Positions 1 through 9,123 of a stretch of 64,000 nt of DNA are shown here, one piece after another. Below the pieces are notes generated by a model. The model did not search any database. It was not told where the DNA came from and saw only the letters and a program-made list of their open reading frames with translations. The stretch spans positions 8,073-72,072 of the forward strand of contig JAUZPY010000001.1 of assembly GCA_030705805.1 (NCBI GenBank), written 5' to 3'. The DNA comes from Bacillota bacterium. GTDB lineage: Bacteria; Bacillota; Clostridia; CAKSNL01; HGM11501. The position numbers and the translations under genes were made by a program. Position 1 is the stretch's first letter. Every line of letters begins with the position of its first letter.

Positions 1-319
1 AATGGTCTTGGACTATAGACTGGATTTTTTTAACAAAGGGGCAGGTTGCATCAATAAATTCAGACTTTATATTATCAAATACATTCTTAGAAATTCCATG
101 GGTTCTGATTATAAGCGTCTCCCCCTCTTCCGTCTCTTGGGGACGCTCGATAATCCGCACTCCTTTTTCCTTTAAGGAAGATACAACCCTATCATTGTGT
201 ATTATAGGCCCTAAAGTAGCAATTTTTTTATTTTCAGAAAGGCCTTTATTTATACAGTCGATTGCTCTGGAAACTCCAAAGCAAAAACCTGCAGATTTTG
301 CTAAGGTAATGCTCACAAT
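1..319 (-). CDS. ispH: 4-hydroxy-3-methylbut-2-enyl diphosphate reductase IspH/LytB. Only the N-terminal part lies in the window; the gene continues past the left edge.
   Basis: Reverse-strand translation from a GTG at 319 gives VSITLAKSAGFCFGVSRAIDCINKG...IRTHGISKNVFDNIKSEFIDATCPFVKK, the classic IspH N-terminus (AGFCFGV, first Cys ligand). It sits directly downstream of plsC and cmk, as in many Firmicutes. Confidence 0.8.
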   Translation of the reverse strand, partial: MVSITLAKSAGFCFGVSRAIDCINKGLSENKKIATLGPIIHNDRVVSSLKEKGVRIIERPQETEEGETLIIRTHGISKNVFDNIKSEFIDATCPFVKKIQSIVQDH

Positions 320-904
320 TTATTCTCCATCCACCAATTTATTAATTTCTTTCATAAGTTCTGAGCTTAATTTGTCACAATCTTCATCAGTCAGCTTGGT
401 TCCTTTATATTGTGAATAGTCTATGGGTTTTCCGATATTTACGTTAACCCTTCTAAAAAGTTTGTGACTTTCGGTAATGCCAACAGGTAAAATCGGTACG
501 CCGGCAATTATAGCAATTTTTATTGCTCCATGCTTTGCGGCTATCTCATCTTTCATCTTACATCTTTTACCTTGAGGAAAAATTAAAAGCACATTTCCGT
601 CTTTAAGAACTTTAATGGCGGTTTTAACCGCTCCGACATCATTTTTAGATCTATCCAAAGGAAAGGCTCCTAATGAACTTAAAAGTATACCGAAAATTTT
701 GTTTTTAAATAATTCCTTTTTTGCCATAAAGCTTAGTCTTCTGCGAACAGAAATTGCAATAAATATAGGATCCCAATTACTGGAATGATTTGAACATATT
801 ATAAAGCCGCCTTTATCCGGAACATTTGAATTATTAGGAGTAGAATATGTGAATAATAATCTTACTAAAAATCTTGCAGCACCAATTACGAATTTATAAA
901 ACAT
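320..904 (-). CDS. plsC: 1-acyl-sn-glycerol-3-phosphate acyltransferase
   Basis: 194-aa ORF with the HX4D acyltransferase motif (CSNHSSNWD) and an FPQGKR-like block, in the conserved cmk-plsC context. Confidence 0.85.
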   Translation of the reverse strand: MFYKFVIGAARFLVRLLFTYSTPNNSNVPDKGGFIICSNHSSNWDPIFIAISVRRRLSFMAKKELFKNKIFGILLSSLGAFPLDRSKNDVGAVKTAIKVLKDGNVLLIFPQGKRCKMKDEIAAKHGAIKIAIIAGVPILPVGITESHKLFRRVNVNIGKPIDYSQYKGTKLTDEDCDKLSSELMKEINKLVDGE

Positions 905-915
905 TTTTTACGCTC

Positions 916-1599
916 CTACAAGTTTTTCCTGATAAAATCAGATATTAATTTAACTGATTTTTCCAGTTCAAAGCCGGTAGTATTAATAAGAGTTGCATCA
1001 TCGGCTTTTTTTAAAGGCATGCATTCTCTCGAGCTGTCGTTATTATCACGGTATTTCATGTCCGCAAGAACATCTTCGTATGATACCTTTTCCCCTTTTG
1101 ACATCAGTTCTTCATAGCGGCGCCTAGCCCTATCCTCTACGTCAGCAGTTAAGAATATTTTAATTTTGGCATTTGGAAGCACATATGTTCCGATATCACG
1201 CCCGTCCATAATGCAGTTGTGCTTATCTGCCATTGCGCGCTGAAGCTCCAACATTTTTTGTCTAACCTCAGGAATAACGCCCACATCCGATGCAGCAATA
1301 GAAATAATCGGCGTTCTGATTTGGTCAGACACGTCTGCCCCGTTTAAAAGCATGCGCTGCTCGCCGCCTTTATGGGAAATATCAATATCGGTTTTATCCA
1401 AGAGTTTAATGATTTCACCAATATCTTTTTTCGGATCAAGACCGGCATTTACAGCAGCTAAGCCTACAGTACGGTACATAGCACCTGTATCAATATAAAT
1501 AAAGCCTAAATCTTTAGCTACTCTTCTTGCAATAGTACTTTTACCAGCACCGGAAGGTCCGTCAATAGCAATATTTATCATTTTGCATTTCCCCTTCAA
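916..1599 (-). CDS. cmk: Cytidylate kinase
   Basis: 227 aa with a P-loop (IAIDGPSGAGKST) followed by RRVAKDLGFIYIDTGAMYR, diagnostic of Cmk. Confidence 0.9.
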   Translation of the reverse strand: MKGKCKMINIAIDGPSGAGKSTIARRVAKDLGFIYIDTGAMYRTVGLAAVNAGLDPKKDIGEIIKLLDKTDIDISHKGGEQRMLLNGADVSDQIRTPIISIAASDVGVIPEVRQKMLELQRAMADKHNCIMDGRDIGTYVLPNAKIKIFLTADVEDRARRRYEELMSKGEKVSYEDVLADMKYRDNNDSSRECMPLKKADDATLINTTGFELEKSVKLISDFIRKNL

Positions 1600-2009
1600 A
1601 CAACTCTATGCCCTAAGCCTATTGCAACCTCATTAAGATGCAATAAACCAATTCCGCAAAATATGCATACGGCTAAATGTTCGTTGAATCTTGCAATTCC
1701 GATTTTCCCGCCTACATTTAGACCTATTGCTTTATTCATTAACTGTGCCAAAGCTTCTCTTGTAGCTCCTGCAATTGCGCCTTCTTCAAGGTGCGTACTT
1801 TCTATTAAGCCTTCACGTTTTGCTCCAACAACAGAACGTTCAACCATTTTATTGACAGAGCTGATAAATTCTCCGCCAAAATCAATTGCACAGCAATGTA
1901 CTCCTAATTTCAGCATTTGCTGTTTTAATTCATTTTCTTCGTTTCTTGATTTTGTTAAAGCAGTTTTGATTGCAATGGATGCTATATCCTTACTTCCGAA
2001 CTCTTCCAT
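1596..2009 (-). CDS. HutP-family RNA-binding protein (putative antiterminator-like). The start is trimmed to the internal Met (MEEFGSK...).
   Basis: The C-terminal half (ESTHLEEGAIAGATREALAQL...GLNVGGKIGIARFNEHLAVCIFCGIG) resembles the HutP fold motifs (ESHALYHATMEAL...). The tracked ORF is longer (to 2111), but its 5' extension lacks an RBS context. Confidence 0.55.
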   Translation of the reverse strand: MEEFGSKDIASIAIKTALTKSRNEENELKQQMLKLGVHCCAIDFGGEFISSVNKMVERSVVGAKREGLIESTHLEEGAIAGATREALAQLMNKAIGLNVGGKIGIARFNEHLAVCIFCGIGLLHLNEVAIGLGHRVV

Positions 2010-2116
2010 AAAGATGCCTCCCCTAAGAAACATATTTTTAGTATATAATAAAGAAAACAACTTTCCGCTACGCTTAAAAGTTATTATACCATAATATGGT
2101 GCAATAAGCAACTTTT

Positions 2117-3340
2117 TTATACATTACACCCGGCCAAAAAGCCCGTTGAAAAGGCTATTTGTAAATTAAATCCGCCTGTATAGGCATTTACATCAATAAC
2201 CTCACCTGCAAAATATAATCCTTGCTTTAATTTAGACTCCATCGTTGAAGGTGAAATTTCGGATGTTTTAACACCTCCGGATGTAATTATCGCTTCAGAA
2301 ATCGGTCTTTTATCCTTTATATTAACAGTTAGATTTTTAAGCAGCAATAAAAGATTTCTGCGTTCAGTTTTAGTAATTTCCGAAACAATTTTATGAGGTT
2401 CTATACCGCTGAGCATAACTATTGTATCTATCATTTTCTGCGGCAGAAGTTCAGATAAGGAATTACAAAAATCTTTTTTGGAGAATTTTTCTAAGTCTCT
2501 TACTATACGTTTATCTAATGTCGGTTCATCTAAAGCCGGCTTTAAGTCGATTACAATTTTATAATTGTTTTTACCCTGCTTCATGTGGGAGCTTGCAGAT
2601 AATATAATAGGCCCTGATACTCCGTAATGGGTAAAAAGCATTTCGCCAAAGTCAGTATAGATTTTCTTATCGCCTTCAAAAAGGCTGATAGAAACGTTTT
2701 TTAACGAAAGTCCCATCATGTCACCGCACCATTTTTCGGCGCATACAAGAGGCACTAAAGAAGGCTTTGGAGGTATTATTGTGTGACCGGCGCCAAGAGC
2801 AAATTTGTAGCCGTCTCCTGTTGACCCTGTCAGAGGATAACTTACGCCGCCGGTAGTGATTATAACGTTTTCGGATTTTAAAATTTCACCGTTTTTAAGA
2901 GTCACGCCGCTGACCTTATCGCCGTCAAAATTTACGGATTTGACTTCTCCCCTTTTTCCTATTGCACCTTTAGACTTCATAAAATCAGTCAAAGCAGTTA
3001 CAATATCCTGTGCCTTATCACTTTCGGGGAAAACCCTGCTGCCTCGTTCTGTTTTAGTTTTAACCCCTAAATTATTAAAAAATTCCATAGTGTTTTTGCT
3101 GCTAAAAGTATTAAAGGCACTATATAAAAATCTTCCGTTAACAGGAGTATTTGCTATAAGAGTGTCAACGTCGCAGTCATTGGTAACATTGCACCTGCCC
3201 TTACCTGTTATAGATAATTTTTTACCGTATCTATCATTCTTTTCAATAATAAGCACTGACTTTCCTCTGGATGCTGCCATTCCCGCAGCCATCATTCCGG
3301 CAGGGCCTGCACCTATTACTATTGTATCTATTTCTTCCAT
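2117..3340 (-). CDS. FAD-dependent flavoprotein of the HI0933/BaiN (aminoacetone-oxidase-like) family
   Basis: 407 aa with an N-terminal dinucleotide-binding motif (DTIVIGAGPAGMMAAGMAA) and HI0933-like length and C-terminal region. Confidence 0.7.
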   Translation of the reverse strand: MEEIDTIVIGAGPAGMMAAGMAASRGKSVLIIEKNDRYGKKLSITGKGRCNVTNDCDVDTLIANTPVNGRFLYSAFNTFSSKNTMEFFNNLGVKTKTERGSRVFPESDKAQDIVTALTDFMKSKGAIGKRGEVKSVNFDGDKVSGVTLKNGEILKSENVIITTGGVSYPLTGSTGDGYKFALGAGHTIIPPKPSLVPLVCAEKWCGDMMGLSLKNVSISLFEGDKKIYTDFGEMLFTHYGVSGPIILSASSHMKQGKNNYKIVIDLKPALDEPTLDKRIVRDLEKFSKKDFCNSLSELLPQKMIDTIVMLSGIEPHKIVSEITKTERRNLLLLLKNLTVNIKDKRPISEAIITSGGVKTSEISPSTMESKLKQGLYFAGEVIDVNAYTGGFNLQIAFSTGFLAGCNV

Positions 3341-3344
3341 ATAA

Positions 3345-4085
3345 TCACCGAAGCTTTCTTGCAGTAAAGAAAATCCGTTCTTCCTTATCAGAAGGTTTCA
3401 TTAATGTTTTATCTCCGAAAACTTCAATTTCCTTAAATCCTGCTTTTATTAGTAAGTCTTGTATTTCATCTACACTCCATGCACGCTCGGTCTGAGACTC
3501 ATCAAGTCTTGTATAATGACCGTTTTTTTCCTCAATGAAAAAGGTAAGATTGAAATCGCATAAATTAGTTTGATTGTCATAAAAGCTTTCCCATGTATAA
3601 AAAATGCCGTTTTCATCATAGGTATAGATATTATCCCCTAAAATATGCTTTAGCTTGTATGAACTGTTTATATCAAAAACAAATAATCCATCATTATCAA
3701 GATAATTTAAAGCTAATTTAAATACCTTTAAAAGTTCATTTTCATCAATAATATAATTAATGCAGTCAAGACTGGAAATAATGGCGTCTACAGTACCGTA
3801 AAGCTCAAATTCAGTCATATCCTGATTTAAAAATAAAATACCGGTGCTTTTAAAAGCAGCTTTATTAAGCATGGATACTGAACTGTCCACGCCTATCATG
3901 TCGTACCCTCGGCCTGACATAATAGAAGTTAATGTACCTGTTCCACAGCCTAAATCCAACACTAAAGCAGGGCTGATTTGTGCTCTTTTAAACAATACCT
4001 GATAATAATCGGCCCACTTATCATATTTTATATCTTCCATTAGCTCATCATAAAGGTCTGCAAATTCATTATACAAATCAAGCAC
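3345..4085 (-). CDS. Class I SAM-dependent methyltransferase
   Basis: 246 aa with the SAM-binding motif I (VLDLGCGTGTLT) and the acidic post-I residue pattern. Confidence 0.75.
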   Translation of the reverse strand: MLDLYNEFADLYDELMEDIKYDKWADYYQVLFKRAQISPALVLDLGCGTGTLTSIMSGRGYDMIGVDSSVSMLNKAAFKSTGILFLNQDMTEFELYGTVDAIISSLDCINYIIDENELLKVFKLALNYLDNDGLFVFDINSSYKLKHILGDNIYTYDENGIFYTWESFYDNQTNLCDFNLTFFIEEKNGHYTRLDESQTERAWSVDEIQDLLIKAGFKEIEVFGDKTLMKPSDKEERIFFTARKLR

Positions 4086-4097
4086 CGCGCTTTCTTA

Positions 4098-6287
4098 TTA
4101 TATAATCTCCAAGTTAGCATACACAGCCATTAAATTCTTTTCGCCTACTGCGTCAAAATTCACCTTCAGACGCACATCATTTCCAACGCTCTGTGCCTCG
4201 ATAACGGTTCCTTCTCCAAACTTTTTATGTTTTACCCTGTCCCCTACTTTGTAATTAAATACTTGCCCTCCTGCCGCCTGTTTTGCGAATGCGGCAAAAT
4301 TAATTTCCTGAGGCTTTGGCTTTGTATTAGTAAAGGAAACCTTGGCCATTACATTATTATTTTGCTTAATAGTTAAATCCTCTATGCAAGACGCAGGTAT
4401 TTCAGTAACAAAGCCGGACTTTAAATGCCGTTCTGTTTTACCGAATACTCTTCTTGAAGAAGCGTTTGTCATAAAGAGCTGCCTGCGGGCTCTTGTTATA
4501 GCAACATACGCAAGCCTGCGCTCTTCTTCAAGGCCATCTTCCTCATATTTAGCTCTCTCACTTGGGAAAATTCCGTCTTCGCAGCCTGATATGAATACAA
4601 CAGGAAACTCAAGACCCTTTGCCATATGAATAGTCATAAGAGTAACTGTATCCGTATCCTCATCGTAGTTATCTATGTCGGAAACTAAAGATATGCTGTC
4701 CACATAATTTCTTAAGCTTGCATTTTCTGCTTCGGATTCTTCAAAGCCTTTTGCGCCGCTGACCAGTTCGCCTAAATTTTCAAGGCGGCTTTTGGACTCA
4801 AAATCGTCCTGGAGAGTAAGGCTTGTATAATATCCGCTTTTTTTGATAACCTTTTCTACAAATTCTCCTAGGGGCATAGTTTCAGCTTCCTGCCTTAATT
4901 CTTCAATTATAGCAGCATATTCTTTCATTTTTTCGCCGCTTTTTCCTATTTCGTCGTAGTAATTAACTATACTGTCATAAAGGCTGATTCCATGTTTATC
5001 TGCTATTTCTCTCGCCCTTTCCATAGAGGTTTTACCAATGCCTCTTTTGGGCTCGTTAATGCTTCTCATTACGCTTATATCGTCTTCAGGATTGACTATA
5101 ACGCGCAGATAAGCAAGTATATCCTTAATTTCTTTTCTGTCATAAAATCTAAGACCTGACAAAAGCTTATGAGGAATACCCATGTATCTGAATCTTTCTT
5201 CAAGAACCCTCGACTGGTTATTGGTTCTGAATAATACAACCATATCAGATAATTTATAGTCTTTTTTAAGCCCAACAATTTTTGCCGCAATGAAATCAGC
5301 CTCAGCATATTCATTATCGGCAGTATACAGCTTTATTTTTTCTCCATAGCCTAAATCTGTCCATAAATTTTTGCCTTTTCTGCCCATGTTATTAGAAATA
5401 ACGCTGTTGGCACTGTCTAATATGTATTGAGTTGAACGATAATTTTGTTCCAGTCTTATTACCTTTGCATCGGGAAATTCTTTTTCAAAATTAAGTATGT
5501 TTCTTATGTCTGCACCCCTAAATTTATATATGCTCTGATCATCATCACCGACAACGCAAATGTTTCTGTGCTCAGAACATAGTAAACTTACAAGCTGGTA
5601 CTGGGTATTATTTGTATCCTGATACTCGTCAACTAAAACGTATTTAAACTTGTCCCTGTAGTAATCAAGTACGTTTGGATTTTCTTTAAAAAGCTTTACC
5701 GTAAGCATGATCAAATCATCGAAATCCATAGCATTATTTGACTTTAGCTTTTCCTGATAACAGGCATATACCTTTTGATACATACTTTTTAAATAATCAT
5801 CACCGTATTCTGACAGAAAATCCTCCGGCAGTATCATTTTATTTTTAGCATCGGAAATCAGAGCAAGACAGCTTTTAACAGGAAATTTTTCATCATCTAT
5901 ATTAAGACCTTTCATGCACTCTTTAATCAGTGTTTTTTGGTCTGAATCATCATATATATTAAAGCCTGACTTAAAGCCTAACAAATCAGCATTTTTTCTT
6001 AATATGGCAACGCAAGCACTATGAAATGTTTTTACCCACATGCTTTCGGAATCTGCACCACAAATGTTTTTAAGACGTTCTTTCATTTCGCTGGCTGCTT
6101 TATTAGTAAAAGTAATGGCTAAAATATTCCACGGTGCCACGCCGCGCTCTTTTATTAAATATGCTATTCTATGGGTCAGAACTCTGGTCTTTCCGCTGCC
6201 TGCCCCTGCAAGCACCAAAAGCGGACCGTCACCCATGGTAACAGCCTCAAGCTGCTCTTTATTTAATCCTTCAAGCAGTTCACTCAT
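4098..6287 (-). CDS. pcrA: ATP-dependent DNA helicase PcrA (UvrD family)
   Basis: 729 aa with a Walker A (AGAGSGKTRVLTHRIAYLI), UvrD/PcrA helicase motifs throughout (TFHS, DEYQDTN, VGDDDQSIY), and the C-terminal Tudor-like tail typical of PcrA. Confidence 0.9.
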   Translation of the reverse strand: MSELLEGLNKEQLEAVTMGDGPLLVLAGAGSGKTRVLTHRIAYLIKERGVAPWNILAITFTNKAASEMKERLKNICGADSESMWVKTFHSACVAILRKNADLLGFKSGFNIYDDSDQKTLIKECMKGLNIDDEKFPVKSCLALISDAKNKMILPEDFLSEYGDDYLKSMYQKVYACYQEKLKSNNAMDFDDLIMLTVKLFKENPNVLDYYRDKFKYVLVDEYQDTNNTQYQLVSLLCSEHRNICVVGDDDQSIYKFRGADIRNILNFEKEFPDAKVIRLEQNYRSTQYILDSANSVISNNMGRKGKNLWTDLGYGEKIKLYTADNEYAEADFIAAKIVGLKKDYKLSDMVVLFRTNNQSRVLEERFRYMGIPHKLLSGLRFYDRKEIKDILAYLRVIVNPEDDISVMRSINEPKRGIGKTSMERAREIADKHGISLYDSIVNYYDEIGKSGEKMKEYAAIIEELRQEAETMPLGEFVEKVIKKSGYYTSLTLQDDFESKSRLENLGELVSGAKGFEESEAENASLRNYVDSISLVSDIDNYDEDTDTVTLMTIHMAKGLEFPVVFISGCEDGIFPSERAKYEEDGLEEERRLAYVAITRARRQLFMTNASSRRVFGKTERHLKSGFVTEIPASCIEDLTIKQNNNVMAKVSFTNTKPKPQEINFAAFAKQAAGGQVFNYKVGDRVKHKKFGEGTVIEAQSVGNDVRLKVNFDAVGEKNLMAVYANLEII

Positions 6288-6353
6288 ATAAATACTCCTT
6301 TATAAATTACAGGGCTGTGAAGATACACAGCCCTGAATAATACATATGTTTAA

Positions 6354-7289
6354 TTACTTGTTCTTAATGGCATCCATGCAAGCTTCCTGTATGTCTTCAG
6401 GAGTCATCTTAAAATACTTAAATAAATCAGCAGGCTTTCCGCTTCTGCCAAATGTATCTTGAGTACCGATTCTGCGAAGTACAGCCGGAGATTTTTCAGC
6501 TAAAACTTCTGCAACAGCAGTGCCTAATCCACCTATAATGCTGTGGTCTTCTACGGTAACAATAGCGCCTGTTTCTTTTGCGGCTTTAACAATTATATCT
6601 TCGTCAATAGGCTTAATAGATGCCATGCTTATTACTCTGGCATTAATTCCTTGATTTTTAAGAAGCTCAGCTGTCTGCAAAGCAAAGCCGGCCATTATGC
6701 CTGTTGACATTATTGTAACGTCTTTACCATCCTTTAAAAGGTTTCCTTTTCCAAGTTCAAACTTATATGTTGCTTCGTCGAATACATCTTCAACTGCCAT
6801 ACGGCTGAAACGAAGATAAACAGGACCATTATGATTTATTGCAAATTCAACGCAAGCCTTTGATTCAATGCTGTCAGCGGGGCTTAATACAACCATGCCG
6901 GGAATTGAACGCATTAAGCCAACATCCTCAAGGCACTGGTGTGTTGCACCATCTTCACCAACGGTAATACCTGCATGAGTTGCCCCGATCTTTACATTTA
7001 AATGGGGATACCCAACAGAGTTTCTAATCTGTTCAAAAGCTCGTCCTGCGGCAAACATTGCAAAGGAACTTGCAAAAACTACTTTGCCTGTTGTGGCAAT
7101 GCCGGCAGCGACACTCATCATGTTGCCTTCAGCAATACCTGTATCAAAGAATCTTTCAGGATGTGCTTTCTTAAATGTACCGGTTTTTGTTGCTGCTGCA
7201 AGATCAGCGTCAAGAACAACAAAATCGTATTTATCAGCCAGGTCTCTTAAAGCCTCGCCATATGCTTCTCTAGTTGCTTTTTTAGCCAT
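6354..7289 (-). CDS. Transketolase, C-terminal (pyrimidine-binding) subunit
   Basis: 311 aa and a typical split transketolase B subunit, adjacent to the N-terminal subunit. Confidence 0.9.
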   Translation of the reverse strand: MAKKATREAYGEALRDLADKYDFVVLDADLAAATKTGTFKKAHPERFFDTGIAEGNMMSVAAGIATTGKVVFASSFAMFAAGRAFEQIRNSVGYPHLNVKIGATHAGITVGEDGATHQCLEDVGLMRSIPGMVVLSPADSIESKACVEFAINHNGPVYLRFSRMAVEDVFDEATYKFELGKGNLLKDGKDVTIMSTGIMAGFALQTAELLKNQGINARVISMASIKPIDEDIIVKAAKETGAIVTVEDHSIIGGLGTAVAEVLAEKSPAVLRRIGTQDTFGRSGKPADLFKYFKMTPEDIQEACMDAIKNK

Positions 7290-7294
7290 TATCT

Positions 7295-8128
7295 TTACCT
7301 CCCCAATTGTGCTATGTGAGCGTCAAGCTCAGCTATAGCCTGATTATATTGTTCCTCATTGGGTGCGCTTCCGTGCCAGGAAACCTGATTTTCCATATAT
7401 GAAACGCCTTTGCCTTTAACCGTCTTCATAACAACAGCGGTTGGCTTGCCTTTTATTGTTTTTGCCTCGGCAAGAGCGGCTTTTATTTCATCATAATTAT
7501 GGCCGTCAATTTTTATAACATGCCATCCAAAAGCTTCATATTTCTTATCTATCGGATCAGAGTTCATAACATCGGCTGTGGGTCCGTCTATCTGCAAACC
7601 GTTGCTGTCAACAAAGATGCAAAGATTATCAAGCTTATAATGAGCAGCATACATAGCAGCTTCCCATACTTGTCCTTCTTCGATCTCTCCGTCACCAAGA
7701 ACAGCATATACTCTGTAATTCTTTTTATATATTTTTCCTGACAAAGCCATTCCGCAGGCAGCTGAAACACCAAGGCCCAAAGAACCTGTTGTCATATCTA
7801 CGCCGGAAATATGCTTCATTTCAGGATGTCCCTGCAGGTTGCTGTCAACCTGTCTGAAACGCTTGAGGTCATCAATCGGAAAATATCCTCTTTCAGCAAG
7901 TGTTCCGTAAAGGGCCGGTGAGCAGTGACCTTTTGATAAAACAAAACGATCCCTGTCCTCCATATCAGGATCCGCCGGATCAATATTTAACTCGTCAAAG
8001 TATAAAACAGCCATAAGATCTGCTATAGAAAGAGACCCACCCGGATGACCTGAAGCTGCGCTGTATACTGCAGTCAGTGCATTCTTACGGATGTTATATG
8101 CTTTTATTTCTAATTCCTTATTATGCAT
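7295..8128 (-). CDS. Transketolase, N-terminal (thiamine-diphosphate-binding) subunit
   Basis: 277 aa with HPGGSLSIADLMAVLYF and a GDGE TPP-binding motif. The split tkt arrangement is common in Clostridia. Confidence 0.9.
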   Translation of the reverse strand: MHNKELEIKAYNIRKNALTAVYSAASGHPGGSLSIADLMAVLYFDELNIDPADPDMEDRDRFVLSKGHCSPALYGTLAERGYFPIDDLKRFRQVDSNLQGHPEMKHISGVDMTTGSLGLGVSAACGMALSGKIYKKNYRVYAVLGDGEIEEGQVWEAAMYAAHYKLDNLCIFVDSNGLQIDGPTADVMNSDPIDKKYEAFGWHVIKIDGHNYDEIKAALAEAKTIKGKPTAVVMKTVKGKGVSYMENQVSWHGSAPNEEQYNQAIAELDAHIAQLGR

Positions 8129-8214
8129 TTATTACTCTCCTTTGTTTATTATTTATACACAATTCCACATTTTTGTATTATACCATAATATGCATATCAA
8201 TTGCAAGCACTTTA

Positions 8215-8952
8215 TTAAGTTTCAAACAAATAATCTATCGCTTCTTCTATGTGTCCATCCCAAAAGTCCCAATTATGGACGCCCGGATACTCAGAATATT
8301 TATAGGCAAAGCCTTTATCTTTAATAAATTCCCGGAAACTTAGGTTGTCATCATACAAAAAATCTCCTGTTCCGCAGGTTTGAAATAATTTAAGAGATTC
8401 AGGTTTTTCATAATGGTCAGCTAAATAGAACAAATCATTTTCAGTCCCTGTTGCATCCTCTCCTCCGGTTACCAGCATGTACTCTGTTTCTCTGTTATTA
8501 TGTCTACCTATTAAATCTCCTGCAACGTCAAGGCAGCCTGAAAGACTTGCGGCACCGGCAAAGACATCCGGATTCCCAAGTGCAAACTTAAAAGCCCCAT
8601 ACCCACCCATAGACAATCCTGCAGCGAAGGTATCTTCCCTTTTATCGCTTAAATTAAATATTTTTCTGGTATAATCTATTAATTCCTTGATGATATAGCT
8701 GTAATATCTCGGTCCATACGCCATATCCGTATAAAAGCTTCTGCCCCCTTCGGGCATAATAACGGCAATGCCTCTTTTTTCCGCATAACGTACTATTGAA
8801 GAGTTTTTGACCCATGTTGAATAGTCATCGGAAAGTCCGTGCAGCAAATATAATGTCCTGAATTTTCCGCTTGGCGAGTCCGGAAAGGCTCCGTAAAAGC
8901 TGACAGACCGCTTTAATATTTTTGACTTATGATTAAATGTAGCTAATGCCAT
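8215..8952 (-). CDS. Esterase-family alpha/beta hydrolase (EstA/FrmB-like putative esterase)
   Basis: 245 aa with a GLSMGGYGA nucleophile elbow and an LHGLSDDYSTW block typical of the PF00756-like esterases. Confidence 0.7.
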   Translation of the reverse strand: MALATFNHKSKILKRSVSFYGAFPDSPSGKFRTLYLLHGLSDDYSTWVKNSSIVRYAEKRGIAVIMPEGGRSFYTDMAYGPRYYSYIIKELIDYTRKIFNLSDKREDTFAAGLSMGGYGAFKFALGNPDVFAGAASLSGCLDVAGDLIGRHNNRETEYMLVTGGEDATGTENDLFYLADHYEKPESLKLFQTCGTGDFLYDDNLSFREFIKDKGFAYKYSEYPGVHNWDFWDGHIEEAIDYLFET

Positions 8953-9123
8953 AGCTAACCTCCTTCAACTTAATTACATTTAAACTATTTTATATACATT
9001 TGGCTGCAATGTCAATATTTTAGTTATGAATTTTACTAATATAATATATAAAACTTATAATTTGAAATATTTTGTAAAAGCTATAGAAATTTAATATTGT
9101 ATATGCTATAATATCCCACTGAG

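Noticed and set aside
1663-2094. 143-aa plus-strand ORF, and many similar 60-200-aa ORFs in the six-frame track (e.g. 2856..3344, 4342..4629, 33071..33679, 42079..42540, 50158..50484, 20027..20536)
   Set aside because: They lie antisense to, or out of frame within, long well-supported genes. They have low-complexity or hydrophobic translations with no motifs and no RBS. They are shadow ORFs of AT-rich coding sequence.
8953-9123. Possible c-di-AMP (ydaO/kimA-type) riboswitch upstream of ktrB, as seen for K+ transporters in Bacillus
   Set aside because: The 170-nt region is almost entirely A/T, with none of the conserved GC-rich helices or the ACGGGGA/CCCA motifs of that riboswitch. It looks like plain promoter DNA.
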